A stretch of DNA of 63,709 nucleotides, filler included, from Phoronis australis (Eukaryota > Animalia > Phoronida), in NCBI GenBank assembly GCA_002633005.1. It is 8 parts of 8 records of this genome, joined end to end, with 100 filler letters (N's around TTAATTAATTAA, not from the genome) between each part and the next. Parts side by side here need not be neighbours in the genome. Positions count along the whole stretch, not along the records: positions 31,330 to 40,719 come from NMRA01000921.1; positions 40,820 to 61,383 come from NMRA01000185.1; 6 more parts are not named here. One strand, given 5' to 3'. Below, in pieces: positions 38,457-53,217 of this stretch. Position 1 is the first letter of the stretch. Every line of letters starts with the position of its first letter. The notes below the pieces were generated by a model that was not told the origin of the DNA, did no database searches, and saw only the letters and a list, made by a program, of their open reading frames with translations. A program made the position numbers and the translations under genes.

Positions 38457-41400
38457 CTATGATTTGTATATTGAACGTGACTTGTGGATTGACTGTAATC
38501 TCTTTCGTGTAAGTAGGCTGTGGTAGTTGCCCTTGAACAAGTTACACCCGCAACAAGTTGTCAGTTGGTTTAGTAGTAATGTTTTAGCTGCGGCAACTTG
38601 ACACACCTGTGACAACTTGCCCCACCTTACCGAGGTAAGATAAGGAGAACTGTAAGTCATAGAGTGCATGCAAATCTGCACACAACACTGAAGTTATTAC
38701 CACCTGTGAGTTTGCCCAGTTAAAATATTAGGAGTGTCGAATCATTTTTGCAGGTTTGCCACGTGGTGTAGGGTATGCAGTGTGGACACAAAGCTGAATG
38801 GAGAGGAGGGGGGGGTTCGAGGGCAAGTTATTCTGAAGTAACTCCTAGTGTTGACACTGTTTTTATTGTTTATTGCTTCAAGTCCACCTCATGACACTTA
38901 TAAAATTGATGATTAGCCAACTTACAAAAAGCATTCTTCAATTAAGAACAAGACCAAGAGCTCTAACTGATGATTTTTTTATTTTTTCCAACGACTCGTG
39001 ACACCTCGCTATACACAATGCAAATTTTACTCAGTGGACAACATGAAATTCCATTTCCAGTAATACTGTTTCCTGTTTAAAAAACAAACTCACAAAAAAT
39101 ACACAGTCACCTAAGACAACGCGTGATATTGCCATGCGTTACAAGTGAAGTACACAATTAGACTAGTTTTTTATGAATGTCGCGGATCTACGAAAGACAA
39201 CCCAGTTTAAACTCCCACTGTTACAGATTGCTTTAAATTTGAAGAATCTGGTCTTTGGGCCTCCAATGCCCAGAGCAAACTCACAGTCTCAATTAGATTA
39301 TGTCAGACAATGTCACCTGTTTCCTATCTTCAGTATAAGTCTGTGCAGGTCATTCAACCATATACATGTATGTGATGACCTTATGCCCAGTGTGAGAGTG
39401 AATCTTGATGTAGTAACTGAAGTGACAAGTCTTGGTTTCTGAGTGAAGTTCTAATTTGCTGGCCCATCATGGCAAAGGCATGGTGATTATTGGTTAAATA
39501 GCCACTTCACACGCGAGATTAAATAAAAAGTTGGACAGAAAGCAGGCAATTTTGTTTTGTCATTGAATGGAGAGCATGTTCCTAAGTATAATAAAGTATA
39601 GCAGCAATCAAATAGTATGGTAACCCTTCATTATTTAGCGCAAAATGTGCTGCTAATTTCTTCACAAAAATGAAAACTAAGAAAATTTCAGTTTATTACT
39701 TTATGTTTTTGTAAGTGTGTAGATGTCATAAAACAGCTTTTGACACTTTTTCGTTATTTGCAGCCTTTGGTAAATAGAAAATGACCATTTTGACAATTAT
39801 TTTTGTGCAAAATAAGCGAAGAATAGTGGTAAATGCTATTGAGCACAACTCACAATAACCAAGCTGCAGAGTTGTATTCATGAATAGTCCCTAAATTTGA
39901 AAAACAATATGTTCTGCAAGTGAACGACTTTTGCACTAATGAGGTACCTCGCATAGGCACATAATCGGCACTCTGCCGTGTTATTCCCCCCCACTGCATC
40001 AACCACAGACCTCACTAGACCTTGGTCAGTGATTTGCAATGGATGATGTTCATCACAGCTCGCATACCACTTCATATTAACGTCATTACAATACGTTGTA
40101 TTTCTAACTTATTTGGCCAAACAATCAAAGAAATAGGGTAAAATCTCACAAAGTTAGTGACAACATGGACAACAAGTGAAATTATTTTTTTTTTCATTTT
40201 CTTTAATTATTTATTATTTATTAATGTAGTATTTACAATGAGGATAACCCATCAGTTCACACTGCTTTCCATAGGGACCCTCCATAAAAGATAACGCTAG
40301 ATAAATGTTTTGGTCATTTTTAAAGGTCTACGGTAAAGTCGCGTGATTTTCGGACACTGAAAATTAATTCCAATAGAAAAAATTCATTCTTGGACGAATC
40401 TCGCGAAATATCATTTTGTGGTGTCCGAATTTGGCGGACCTCCAAATTTGGGTTTCCGCTAGTGTCCGAATTTCGTGGGTGTACATTATTTCGATGAGCG
40501 GTCGCAGTATCAACAATGCTGGCTCGGTCATTTGATAGCAGTATAATTGCAGGTAAATGAGACTCAAATGGTCTGAGCGATTAATTTTTGAAAATCTGGC
40601 TTTCCCAATAAGAAATGTGCGTCGTCGACGCACAAAGACCGTTCCCAACAAGTGTTGGTTCTTCTTTTCAAAGATGTGCTTTCTCAATATGAAATATTCG
40701 GCTTGCATTGCCGATGCTCNNNNNNNNNNNNNNNNNNNNNNNNNNNNNNNNNNNNNNNNNNNNTTAATTAATTAANNNNNNNNNNNNNNNNNNNNNNNNN
40801 NNNNNNNNNNNNNNNNNNNCCCCCCCCCCCTTGGCTGCCGCAACAAATAAAACAGCAAGAGCGTAGGGAAATGTTGAGTTTATTAATTGACCCCGGTAAT
40901 TAAAATTATACGGCTGAAACAAGTTTTAAATTTGTGCAGTTTTAGTGTGTTTGGGGGGAGCTCAGATCCAATTTCAAGTGTCAAATTCGGAACACAGCGC
41001 AATCATAACGGAACTATGGCTAAGTATAGGCTCTCCCGCGATATCTCAGGCGAGCGGCAGTGTCGCTGGGCACCACGAGTCCGTTTCCGTCGTCTGCTCC
41101 ACTGTGCAATGAAGAAAATTACTTCATTTTTTAAAGAAAATAGAATCTTTGTGATGATGAAAAAACAGAAGCTGCTGGTAAGATGTCAATTTTAATCGAA
41201 GCCTTAGTGAATCACTCAGAAACTCATAATGCTCTCTTTGTCAAATTATAACTTAAGACGATTTCCAAAGCAATCGCGTCATTATTGCCAACACTAAAAA
41301 CGGAATTGGTCTTTTGGGCAATTGAAGACTATTTTAAATAGAACAAATTTGTTTACGAACTGATTGCACAAAATACAAAACATGTAATAAGCATTATTAC

Positions 41401-41477
41401 AAAAAGAAGGTTTCGCGCGCAAAAGCTGTGGACCATAAACAAGTAGGTCTCTCAGTATCAAACTAGGAGTTAAATCG

Positions 41478-41545
41478 TGCTGGTGCGGCGGTAAAGTACG
41501 CGCACTCTATTCGTTAGGTCGTGAGTTCGAGTCTGTGGTGCTTGC
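41478..41545 (+). mobile_element. tRNA-derived SINE-like head
   Basis: A box TGGTGCGGCGG (41481) and B box GTTCGAGTC (41525); no intact cloverleaf. Confidence 0.5.
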
Positions 41546-42296
41546 AGTTCTTCCTGTTTGACACATTCTCTGTTTATTTACTTAGCCTTTTTTTCTTGGA
41601 TAATACTTCGGAAATCAAGGAAAATGCTTGATTTTTAGAGGAAAAAAACAGAAAAATTTCCTGGGCGGGAGGGGGGTGTGCAAACCCCCCTCCCGACCTT
41701 CCCCCATTCGGCGCTATGCTTTGAGCAAATGTTTACAGACAAAATGTTGGGCCCCCCTTGTGATATCCTGGATCCGCCACTGGAATGACGTGCAATTACC
41801 GATTGTTAAGAAGAGTAAAACAGTATAAAGTAAAAAGATGAATGTCTGTATTGAAATCTATTGAAATTTTCCCCACGTTTTAAGTGGTACGCTCTTTATC
41901 AAAGGCACGTGTCATCGGTATTAAATCTATTAAAACATTCCTCACGTTTCGAGCGGTACGCTCTTTATCAAGGGCATAGCGCTCTTTATCAAGGGCATGT
42001 CGTTGATAAAAAACGTGTCGCTCGAAGGCTGAGGAATATTTAATAGATCTTAATACCGATGATCGTCTTTGTGCTTTATACTATTTTACGCTTGCTGTTA
42101 GAAGACTCTCGATGCAAAAGTCTGGACAGGAAGATTTTCGAAGTTCAAAACGAAATTTTATAACTGAAACATGGACAGAGTTCATACTTCATGGTTTCTA
42201 CATATATTCTGGAAAATAATCTACGAAATGTCAGCCACTATTTCAAGTTCAGTTACTTAATTTGAAATGAAACCAAAAAGCTATTCAGAAACATAC

Positions 42297-42734
42297 CTGG
42301 GTCACAATGGTGCTTGTGAAAGCTGAGTCGAACTCCCAATCGTCACACTTGAGCGTAGGTAAATCCGTTGAGTTCCGTGAAATACGTGGGGTCCACAGTG
42401 CGTGGTATTCAGGAGAGTCACCTGAACCGTGTACATTGAAGTCGGTGATGGAGTAATTACTAAACGCAGATAAATCATAAACTGTACATCTGCTGTACTT
42501 TCCATTGGTGTCACGAGGTATCGCAATTTGCTTTCGCTCTTCCAAGCTCAAATTATACATCTCAGGGAGCTTTGGTATTCTGCACCAATGTTCAGGTGCT
42601 GCGGCAAAGAAAATGTACCCCATCGTTGAAAACGATGTAAAAACAAACGCCACCATAATAAAGCCGTAGTGTCGTCGTTGGTATGGTCCAAATTCTCCCA
42701 CTTTTGCCAAAAACTCGTCAAGTTCCATGATCAT
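42297..42734 (-). CDS. SLC22 family organic cation/anion transporter, first coding exon
   Basis: LDEFLAKVGEFGPYQRR, TM1, PEHWCRIP, YSRC..Y, C..WEFD..FTSTIVTQ|gt; the remaining exons lie beyond the contig end. Confidence 0.93.
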
Positions 42735-43995
42735 CGAGTGTTGAGGCTTTTAAGTTAAAAATTCTAAAGTTCGTCCTTTTGACCGTCGCTCAGTAGCACG
42801 CTCTTGCAACGTCGACGTTTACTTCAATAGAGAGCGATAGAGGTGTGTCACACAGGTATATAATAAACTAGAATCGTTATCCAGGCTGAGCGCCAAAAGT
42901 TTTCCATGAGTGGACTCAAATTGCCAGACAGGTCACTTTTAGTCTACTCCATCACATGAAAGTCATTAGCAGGTTATTTTGCAAGATCGTTGATAGTTGA
43001 AACTACATCGGCTTAACCCGGCACGGGGGGTCTCTAAACTTACAGGAAGCCGATTTCGCTGAAATAATCGGTGGCAAACGTTAATCGCTCTGCGGCTGCA
43101 TACTAAACTAACATGGTGTTACATCCTTGGGTGCGTAAGGTCATGTTTGTTCATTAATGTTATTTGTTTCGACTATCACCAAGGAGTGTAGTACACTATT
43201 ACTTGCACGCTGATCGATGTTAATTTGATGATAATTCGATGCCACAAAATGTTGTAGTTTAACATTTTAAATAAAATTCAGTATTACAGTCGATAATTAA
43301 CCATGCGTCATTAATTAACGCTAATTAAAGTATAGGCCTACTCATCATCTGTTATACACTTAAAATTCATTGCGTGATCTTCTATCATGTCACAAAAAGT
43401 AAACTCATCGGGAAACCGGACCGTTCAGTGACATCTCGAGGTTGGACAATGCTTCTCTACACAAATCGGGAAAAGCGGTATAGCGCTCCGGCCTAAGCAT
43501 CGACAGTTGAAGTAAGCTCCTGTTGTGTTGTACAGGCCAATAATCGCATTAGCGATGTCTTCACACAATAAAATGATCGTGGCAGAGGTAAACTGAAATC
43601 TCAAGGTGAGAAACTGGATTTTTTAAGGCCTTGTTTGACTTCTAAAATTGAATTTCTCGTGAAAAGGTAATGAATAATTTCGTGGTAGTAATGTGACAAA
43701 AAGTGGCCAATACATTGTGATGAGTTTTCATTTGTTGACAACAGATTTGAGTCGATGCATGATCGCATTCATGTATTCATTCAGCGTTATTGGCGTTTGC
43801 GCCGTTACATCAGACAAAAGATTGAGCTTGGCGATTAACAAAAGAAAGATTGATATCAGGCCGTTAAAATAAAATCCGGTGTCGTCTGTAGTACCCACAA
43901 AAGGGGGAGCTAGTTGTAATGGTGAAGCCAGTAAGCAAGCGATGCAGAGCAGTAGGTGTAGGCTACTTTCACGCATTATCCAAGCATTATCCAAG

Positions 43996-44004
43996 CACAC
44001 ACGC

Positions 44005-44063
<59 letters not shown>

Positions 44064-44064
44064 C
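43996..44064. repeat. (CA)n(TA)n microsatellite
   Basis: Seen directly. Confidence 0.95.
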
Positions 44065-47000
44065 TAAGAGAACTATACAGATCCCGGGGGCATTTTTATA
44101 TATGAGACCTTTGCTGTGGGGTGGAAAAAAAATTGTGGGGTATATATAATGCCCCACAATTTCAGACCTTGTCAGAAACTATTATTTGGTATGCACAGTG
44201 TCCCCATGTGTATTCTCTCAACAACTTGGTTTCATCACAACATTAAAATTACGCTGTAAACAAAAAGGTATGTCACATTTTCTAAATATGAAGTAAATAT
44301 TAGCTTTATTTCTAGTACTTCAACAAAAATTGAAACATAATGACCACGCATTCTGAACGAAATTTGATCTCAAGTGGCAATCGATGACCGCTTAACTTCA
44401 AAGCCGTTTCTCTCGGCTCGTGATTTCAGGATAGTGACAAGATTCTCGGGCCTATTTTTCCACAACACGTTGGTCAATTTTTACGAAAGTTGCTAATTTG
44501 AAATCCTCTAGGACTGAAGTAAAATCGCGTGCCAGGGTTTTTTGATAAATGGACCAGATTTTTAGTTATTAGACGGAAAGTGACCAAACGACAAAAAGTG
44601 GCGTGCTTGCCCCAACTCACACACAAAAAATGCCACAAAATCAAGATCATAATGATTTTGTACATATATTTGGTATGGATAAGTAGAATATTGAGTAAGG
44701 AAACAGTTGATGATGATCCCTGTGCATTTTGAAAAAAAATTCGAGGTAAAATTGGATTTTTTGAAAATTAAAAAATACGATTTTTTAAAAAAACGAACTA
44801 CAAAAAAACTTTTTTTTCGATTTTTGTCACTTTCAGAGTCATGTCTAACTAGTTAAAACTCCTTTTTTACTCGTTTTAGTTAGGAACCTGGAGATTTGAT
44901 CAGTGTATACACCTACCTTAAAAGTATGTGTTGATTGTTTATACGATCCATCTGAACTCTCCACTCAGTGTAGTAAAAGACTCTCTAACTATATCAGTGA
45001 CACAGACCAATTTGTTAGTATTCCAATATTATCATCAACCAATATATGTGTTATATCAAATCGCCGCGTTACTGACAATATTGGCGACGAGGATAAAGAA
45101 CTACTTTCATAGTAATGGTTCAACGTTTTTACGTGACTGTACCGAATGGACTTTGGGATAAGAAAATATCACTTTCTGCGCAAATAGCGTCGCTTGGGTG
45201 AGATTCTCAAGTTACCGAAGTTTCTTATATTGCTTTCCTCTAAAATCGCATAATATGGGTTTTAATTCAGGGATACGTTTGAATCTATGCACTAGAAAAA
45301 ATTTGTTATGTTGAACACTGGGTTATATCTGTAATTCTTTGGGTTACGGCCAGTAGCAAGTTAAAAAATCCCCTGGGTTTGACAGCCTAGTTTCCCCACG
45401 GCGTGTTCCCACCACGGACGCAAGGTTTATCTGCAAAGACTCTACTGTGACGGCATGTAGTTGTCCATGTGTCGCGCGCGCGGCTTATCTTCACAGCGCG
45501 TGCATGCACTCTCACCGAATCGTGCAACACCAACCACGTCGACGCTCAGTGTCCTCTCGCAAGACACCTCACCTTACCGACTTCTCTTGTACACGCATAA
45601 TTTCTGCACTGACTCCTCAAGCTGAGAGCAGTGATGGCTTCGGTAGGACTTGGCGTACTCAACTTAATTTTTTTGCAGATAGACAAACAGGCTCAGTCTA
45701 GGAACAGGAGCTAGTTCACCATTTCACTAACAACTTTCATATGGTCAAAAATAGAATTATCTTATTCTTGGTCTTGCTACAACATCAATATCAGCTGGAA
45801 CAGCTCTCTCGATTGCCCGGTTACGCAACGTTTGTTGACAGGGTTAGATTAGAGCTAGTGTCCTTGTTTAAGCTCCGCCCCAGTTGTCATTCACTGGGCT
45901 GGTGAGCACTCAAGCCATATGACTTACTGAGGCTTGGTCAAATATAGCTAAAAAAACAATTTTTTTCTTCAGTATACTGTGCATCAAGAATTAAAGATTA
46001 GGATGACATGAAAATGTAAAAAACAGTCAAAATTAATTTTTGTGTATCCACCTACCTTAAAGTAATTGCAAATTCATGTATCAGAGTGGTGATTATGGAT
46101 GGCTAACATGCTTTTAATAGGTTCCTAGGATCTATTTCTAATGCAGAAGATGCGGCCTAATACTCGCATATGTCCCACCTAAAAATCTTTCAAAATCTAA
46201 CCACCCTCTTAGTATTATGAGCTGAATAATTAATTTTACAAGTCATGAGAGTTGTAGATTTCTATGCTTTATATCTCTGAGAAGAATTGCACTTCGTAAG
46301 ATTTTCCAGATTCACTGCGAAATGGTTCCTTTTCTGAGAGAATTCCTTACAAATGGTCTCCTTTCAGTACCGATGTTCCTAAGAAAAACGTCCATGTTGT
46401 GGACTGGAACGCTGCAAATGGAATCCCTCGATCAAATTAATAAGCAATAACTGTACATATACCCAATTCTAACAAGAAGCAAATACTGGAAAAGCAAATG
46501 TACATACTAGCATTTACACTAAAACATCGTGAGGCATTGAGTAAAATCTTTCATAAAACTTTCGCAGTTTGGTCCACTTCAGTCCTAAATGTCAACCAAA
46601 CACTTTTCCTTAAAAAATATTTTACACTTCAAACAAGCCTGGAAAATTAGTGACCAAAGGTATAGATATGCTATGTTGTTTGCCTGTTCTTTAAATGTGA
46701 GTTTTTACTTAATATAGCAAGAAACAGTGATTCGTAATTTCGTACATGTTTTGACATTGATTCAATGTGAGTGATCTAGTATTAACCTTAAATCTTTTTT
46801 AACTCTTAAATGAGCTCTTGGAAATCAGTGACTGAAAACCAAATTTCAAAATTGAAATGGGAAAATCCAGGGTAAAATAATTTACTGAAGTTATTTTGTC
46901 TAAGTTGTCAAAATATACAGTGGGATCTGTTTGTCATGCTCAAAGTGATGCTAGCAGGACATTTGATTATGGCGTAGCAAAGTTACCAGGATCTGCCCTT

Positions 47001-47805
47001 ACTAATGGTAGTGACAATGAATATTTTAATTATGTTTTTTTGTGTCTTAAGCTATATAGTTACACCGTCGTTCCTTAGGGTCTTCATAATCACTATCATC
47101 ACTTCAACCACAGCCTTTCAGAACCTGAGTTTTATTAATTAGACAATACCGGCAAATGGCATTGCAGTTTTTGCAGTTTAAACTTCTTTAAAAATAACTG
47201 CTTTCAGTTATTGAGAATTGTAATCACTACGCATAAGAGATTTTGTATAAAAAAAGCAAACACCATTTAATCTAAAACTGTCAAATTTTCTTTAATTAAA
47301 TTTTTAGTGGTACGTGTTACTAAGATGGTCGGATTCCAAAATTGTGGTGACCGGAAGTCTGCTAAGATGCGCAGGATGAAACTGTTTGTACATGCATATC
47401 ATAAGCATTGTTCCTATGGATGTATATGTATCTTCTATTTTTAGTTCCCATCACTTGATTTGAAAGATAATTATGGTATTCATAGTTCACTATGTGCAAC
47501 ATCAATAAATGATTAAATGTTCATCTGTGAGAGTTTTTGTTGGCGAATTTAGCAAGAATGTCATTCAAAATGGTGCCAACGTATTTGTAGAAGTGTATTT
47601 TTGTAAAAGGTATCAAGTTACACCGTAGAGCCTGACACAGATAGTGTCATCTGCTCACGTTTCAGAATAATAAACAGATAAATGCATCATACATTTCTAA
47701 GTTTGAAAGTGGTAAAATCTGTTGTAGACGCATACATGATATTAAAGTGGTCTTTGGAGGAGTGTATTTTGGCACAAAAAGGCTTTAACAGAATGTGACA
47801 CATAT

Positions 47806-48078
47806 ATACATGTAGTTGCGGGGCTCGTATATTGGGTGGATTGTAAGAACAGTGGAAAACCGGGATATATAATGTACTGGGGCATATATCTAATGGGACA
47901 TATAAAGTTGCGGGCTATATATTGTATACACCTAACGGGACATATATACTTGCGGGCTATATATTGTACTGGGGCATATACCTAGTGAGGTATATATAGT
48001 TGCGGGATATATATTGTTCCGGGGCATATACCCAATGGGGCATATACAGTTGCGGGCTATATAATTTATATATACCCC
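47806..48078. repeat. Degenerate ~55-bp minisatellite
   Basis: GTTGCGGGCTATATATTGTACTGGGGCATATA recurs about five times. Confidence 0.85.
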
Positions 48079-48239
48079 GGAACAAGGTCTCAAAATTTTA
48101 CCCCATTTCAAGGTTTCAGATAATAACCCCACATCTGCGTATAAACATGTGTATATATATATATATATATATTTGATTGTAACAAGAGCCGGAGGCCTAG
48201 TTATTGAATATATATATATACAGCGGGGGAGACTATTTT

Positions 48240-50422
48240 CTGGTACCGAGGAAGTTGCAGATTAAGAAACAAACGGGTTTAGTAAAAATACAGACCAATG
48301 AAAAAGGCAAAACAAGACTATGAGATGAACATTGTCGCTAACATTAACAATGTTTCGAAAAATTCTAAGGAATATTGGGATATAGTAAACAAAATTCGAG
48401 GAATGGTAAAGCCATCATCATACCCCACCATCCGCCACTGACTCGAGGAAGCCAACACTCAGGCGTCATCCAAAGCTGAAAAAAGTAAGCTATTTATAGT
48501 CTAAGAATACTTCACCGCCAAGAGTCACATTGCACCAACAACAAACTTTCCCGAATTCCCAAACAGAACATTAGAACACCTCTCTGACATATATGCCAAC
48601 CATCTGAATTTCAAAAACTTCCGAAAAAAACATCGACGAAAACACAAACGACGGTACCAATCTGATCACTAATAAAATGATCAAGATAATAGCAAGTACA
48701 GCGTCCAGTTCCCATGACAACATTATACAACAAAATACTATTGGAAATTTTCCTGTGGACTGGAAACTTGGTGTAATGATACCAATTCACAAAAAGGACT
48801 CCAAAACAGACATTGCCAACTATCGCCCCATAACTCTTAACAAAAAAATGAGAAAAAATATTTCTCAACATGTGATTGATAACCTCTCGTCACAAAACCT
48901 AATCTATCTTCGTCAATTTAGATCCATGCCTGATAACAGGACTGTATCCCAATTTACATAAATTGTACTTGAACTCCACCTCCAGTTTTAGCACTGAAGG
49001 GAATAACGTCAGATCCGTACTTTCAGACATTGCGTCAGCTTTTGATGTAGTTACCCATGATCTGCTTGTACATGGTTCCTCAGGCACTATCTTCCTGCTT
49101 TTAAAAATATCTGGAATTCCGAACTTACAAAGTCCGAATTGAAGGTGTCTTCTTACCCTCATCAACACCAGGTTTCGTAAATGCTGGAGTACCACAACGT
49201 GGCGTACTAGGTCCCTTACTCTTTTTACTGTGCATCAATGGTCTTCCAGACACAATAAAATCTTAAACATTCTTATATGCTGATGACACTTCAATTTTCT
49301 ACCCATTCTCAAAAGAGCATTTTGGCTTGCTAGGAGACCATGTGCTTCCATTTACTCCTCACAGTCGCTACCTTGTTCATTAAGTACAAAAATTAATCAA
49401 TCCAATTAGAATAGTCTCTCGTCATCTGAACTCTATGCATCTTGAAACTTTGTTTAGGACTTTTGTACTTCCACATCTAGATTACCGCGGCATAATCTAC
49501 CAATCAACAACGCAGCCATACTTCTTCAATTAGAAAGACTACAATACCAAGCAGCTTTGGCCATCAGGAGCATAGAAAGGTAAAGGTTTCAACGCAATCA
49601 ATGTTCTAAATAGTCTCAACTGGAGCAAACTACTAGCCCGTCGTAAACTCCACCTCCCCATGTATATATACATTCAAAGTCTTGTACAACATTAACATTT
49701 ATTCAAACAAAATCCTCTTTGATTCATTCGAAAGACTTACACAAGACCAGGACTGCGACAAGGTGATTTATATACTATACCATCTTCCCTCAGGCCAAGC
49801 CATCAGGAGATCTAATAATCTAACAATCGTCGCTTTCAAAAACGACTTTAAACTGCATACCACTACTCAAGACTTGCCAGTCCCGTTGACATCATTCAAC
49901 CTTCCTCACAACCATGAAATAATAATATACATACCAATATGCGTACTATTCCTAAACAACGACAAATTTAGACATAATTTGACCTCTGTGTTCCTGTGGA
50001 GACACTCAGAAAAATGCTCATATTTTCTTTGCTTGTGCAGTACGCGGGGAGCAGCGGGCACAGGTTTTCCAGACACTAGAAAAATACCCGAATGTTTACA
50101 AAAAATATTCAGATCTTCCTCAAATGTATAAAAAATAATGAATGTAAAGAAGTCGACCTAAATGAAAATAAAGTTGTATTCGAAATATTATCAAAATTTC
50201 ATTTTAATATTAAATCATTTTGAGTGAATCGATAAAATCGTGTGCATGTAAAATGATTTATTTATATTCGTAATCATATGTCATTAGTTTATTAATTTAT
50301 GTATTTGTGTATAACTTATAAAAATTCCTTTCTATTTATTTAGCCCAGATACAATGCCTCTTGGAGCTTTCTGGGTCTATTTATGTATTGTACTGAATAT
50401 TCCATTCTATAAAATAAAAAAA
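48240..50422 (+). mobile_element. Degenerate CR1/L2-like LINE (RT relic and 3' tail)
   Basis: FPVDWKLGVMIPIHKK..ANYRPI, SAFD, GVPQ..VLGPLLFLLCINGLP, YADDT; many stops; hairpin and A-rich tail near 50340-50422. Confidence 0.85.
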
Positions 50423-51019
50423 CTGGGCGAGACCGACTTCGTTTTTGAGCTATTGAGCTCAGACTACTTAACATAGAAATGTCTGAAGAAATGTATTGTG
50501 TGCTAGCCATACGTTTTTATTACGAGAGTAGCCAAAATGGGTAGCTATAAATTCTTGGTAGTATAAGGTTTTTCGGTTGTTTGAAGTGCCTGAAGCAACT
50601 GAGCTGGGTTGCAATCTCGACAACCTTGAACACTTTTAAACCATGCAAATCAAGTCCGCCATTTTGCAAAATTCTGTTTTTCCTTATAACTTCCATACCA
50701 AGCATTGCAGGTAGTTTACTTTGATGTTTTCACCCCAGTTTCTGTGGTCACTTAACATAATGGGGCTACTTTGGAGGTGGATACATCGATGATTTGCATA
50801 AATAGGTGAGGTATCAAGCACTACAGGTAAATTTCACTGATATTTGCACCCATGATTATGTGGACAGTGAATTTAATGGAGACTCTTTGATAGGGGATAC
50901 ATTGAAAATTTGCCCAAATTATGCAAAGTTGTGCTTTTATACCTGCAGTTTCTAGCACTACAAGTAAAAATTGAGTTGATATTTGCACCCACCTCCCAGC
51001 TGGGCTCTTTAGGATTTGT

Positions 51020-52000
51020 CACCACTGATCCGATGATCATCCTCACTCACACTGGGTTTGAGTGCACTGGGTTATCCTCTTTGAAAGCACCAGGCACTTC
51101 ACCAGACGTTTGCATACACCGATGTCTCTTGTCGCTCAACATCACCGGCTTCAAAGCGACATGATGTACCATCGTTCTGGCGTTCTTATGAGTCGGTCAA
51201 CTCACATGATCAGTTAGGTTGGTCATATCTCCTGGTTTGGCTAGACTGTATCGAACCACAATGATGGTGATACCTGTGTCTTTCAGAAAGGACACCTGTT
51301 TTCCTTTGAAGACCCGTTCAGGGTTTAGCGACTGAGCTTCACCTCTCCTAATGGTGGAACCTTAGTGGTTGACTGCTGTTGGCCAGTTGTCCATCTTTGT
51401 GGCAAAAGAAACACCTTTCTCTATTATGTCTTCTTCTGGTCAACCTTCTGGGCGTCTGGCTTTTTAGGCACTCCTGAGACGTTTCCAGTAACGACTGCGT
51501 ATCGTTGGCCAAATGGGTGAACTTAACGTACCTAAATTACGTGCGTAAGTGTATTCTTGTTAGAGGCGCAAGGTAATTATTTGCGACGTAACTTAACTTT
51601 TTACGGCTTAATTATACAGCAATTATTTGCGGCGAAAAGTAACATTTAACGCCGCAAATAATTACTTTACGCCTTCCCCAAGAATTAATTTACGCACGAA
51701 ATTTACATGCATAGGCCTAACGTTCACCCGTTTGGTTAACGATAACTGCATCCTCATGTATAGCTAGTCCATGGACCTCAGTGTACGTCTTTGCCAAGCG
51801 GACCATGAGCCTGAGACGTGGGTGTTCAATGTCGCGGGAACAAGGCCAGGTCTTTGGTTGGCGTGTTCACAGCTGTACGAACCAACGGATCTCTTAACTC
51901 AGCAAAAGTCCTATTGAAGTCGGACTCATCAAGGTAGCACATATCGAGGTAGCTTAAAGGCCAGGTCACGTGTCGCCTCTCTCAGGCCTGCTTCCAGCAA
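51020..52000 (-). mobile_element. Gypsy-like LTR retrotransposon gag-protease relic
   Basis: Minus strand gives LRDPLV..KDLALF, LAKTYTEVHG, a broken knuckle RCFFCHKDG, and protease GKQVSFLKDTGITIIVV. Confidence 0.65.
51496..51750. mobile_element. MITE inserted in the Gypsy relic
   Basis: TIR-like TATCGTTGGCCAAATGGGTGAAC / GTTCACCCGTTTGGTTAACGATA, plus an inner inverted repeat GTGCGTAA / TTACGCAC. Confidence 0.75.
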
Positions 52001-53162
52001 GTGCAATATCAGTGCCTATTCACACATATTTGGGTTAACGGAACGGTTTTCAAATCCAGCGTGTTCATCATATGTGTTTTACCCTTCACTCAGTTGAAAG
52101 AGATGGAGCCCAAAATGCACGGTATTATTTTAAAAAATGTTTCTGTTTCTGTTTCTGTGATGACGTCAGAGGGTAGGCACCGGGATAGTCTCTGGCCCTC
52201 CTCCTTCCAGTATCGCACGCAATGTAAATTTGGAGATGCAACCAAGTTCGTGCTGGTTACACACTCTTTGATCTGTTCCCCTCATACGAGTTTTTTTTAA
52301 AAAATGTTTGTGTACCATTATAAACCAGGTTTATTATATGCGCGTTTTATTCTCATTCCACCTTTAAGAAAGAGGTTTCAGCAATAACCGACAGTTATTG
52401 CAGAACAGGCTTAATAACATGGCTTTCACGCTAAGTAACGCGAATGCCAGTCACGAGTCATAGAAGTGCCTTAAGACTCATCGACATAAACTTGGTCTTA
52501 AACTCCCCCTGAACACATGCTGAATACGAAGTTTAGCCAAGAGATTAGGAGTGCATCAATCTAGAGATATTACCTCAGTGTATCTTGGTAGTAAATTTTC
52601 CTGCAGACAAGTTTCATTTGGTTTTAATGGAATTAATAGATTGACAATGTAATTGGTGGCAGGCTGTAACCAGAAGTTGCGTGTATATTCCTGGAGATTT
52701 TGCCCTTTTAAATTTGTTCAAGGGAGATTTAATTATTTTCCAAAAATAGTTGCGTCACTTTCCATGAAACAGACTTCAGAGCTCACTTCTCACCTGCCTG
52801 CTGTTCAGTAACGTGGACCTCCTAAAAAGCAAGACTTCGAGAGATTACGCGAGATATTGCCCTGCATTTTAAATGAGATCACGTGACTATATTTTAGCTA
52901 GGACCTAACGTAGGCCCTACAGTTACTGAACGCACGCTGGATCAGGAACAACTGGAGACCAATTTATTTAGGTAAAATGACAAAGTAAAAGAGAATTGTT
53001 TTCTTAATAAAAGGCAAGCTTACCCAGCACACATAACAGACAAGAACCACAACAACCAATAATAGGGAAATGTATAAAACAACGATTTATTAGAACTTAC
53101 TGCAATTTATAAATAACAATAATTGTCAAATTGTGTCTCATAGCTACACATCTTCTATCTCG

Positions 53163-53217
53163 TCAACTTTGAACCAGTTGTGATTCAAATAGATCCAGCA
53201 ACCGTTTGATTTCCTTT
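53163..53217 (-). CDS. BORCS6: BORCS6 (lyspersin) last coding exon
   Basis: (I)KEIKRLLDLFESQLVQS*; AATAAA downstream at 53091-53086. Confidence 0.88.

Noticed and set aside
41478-41545. tRNA gene
   Set aside because: A and B boxes are present, but there is no convincing acceptor or anticodon stem; SINE-like.
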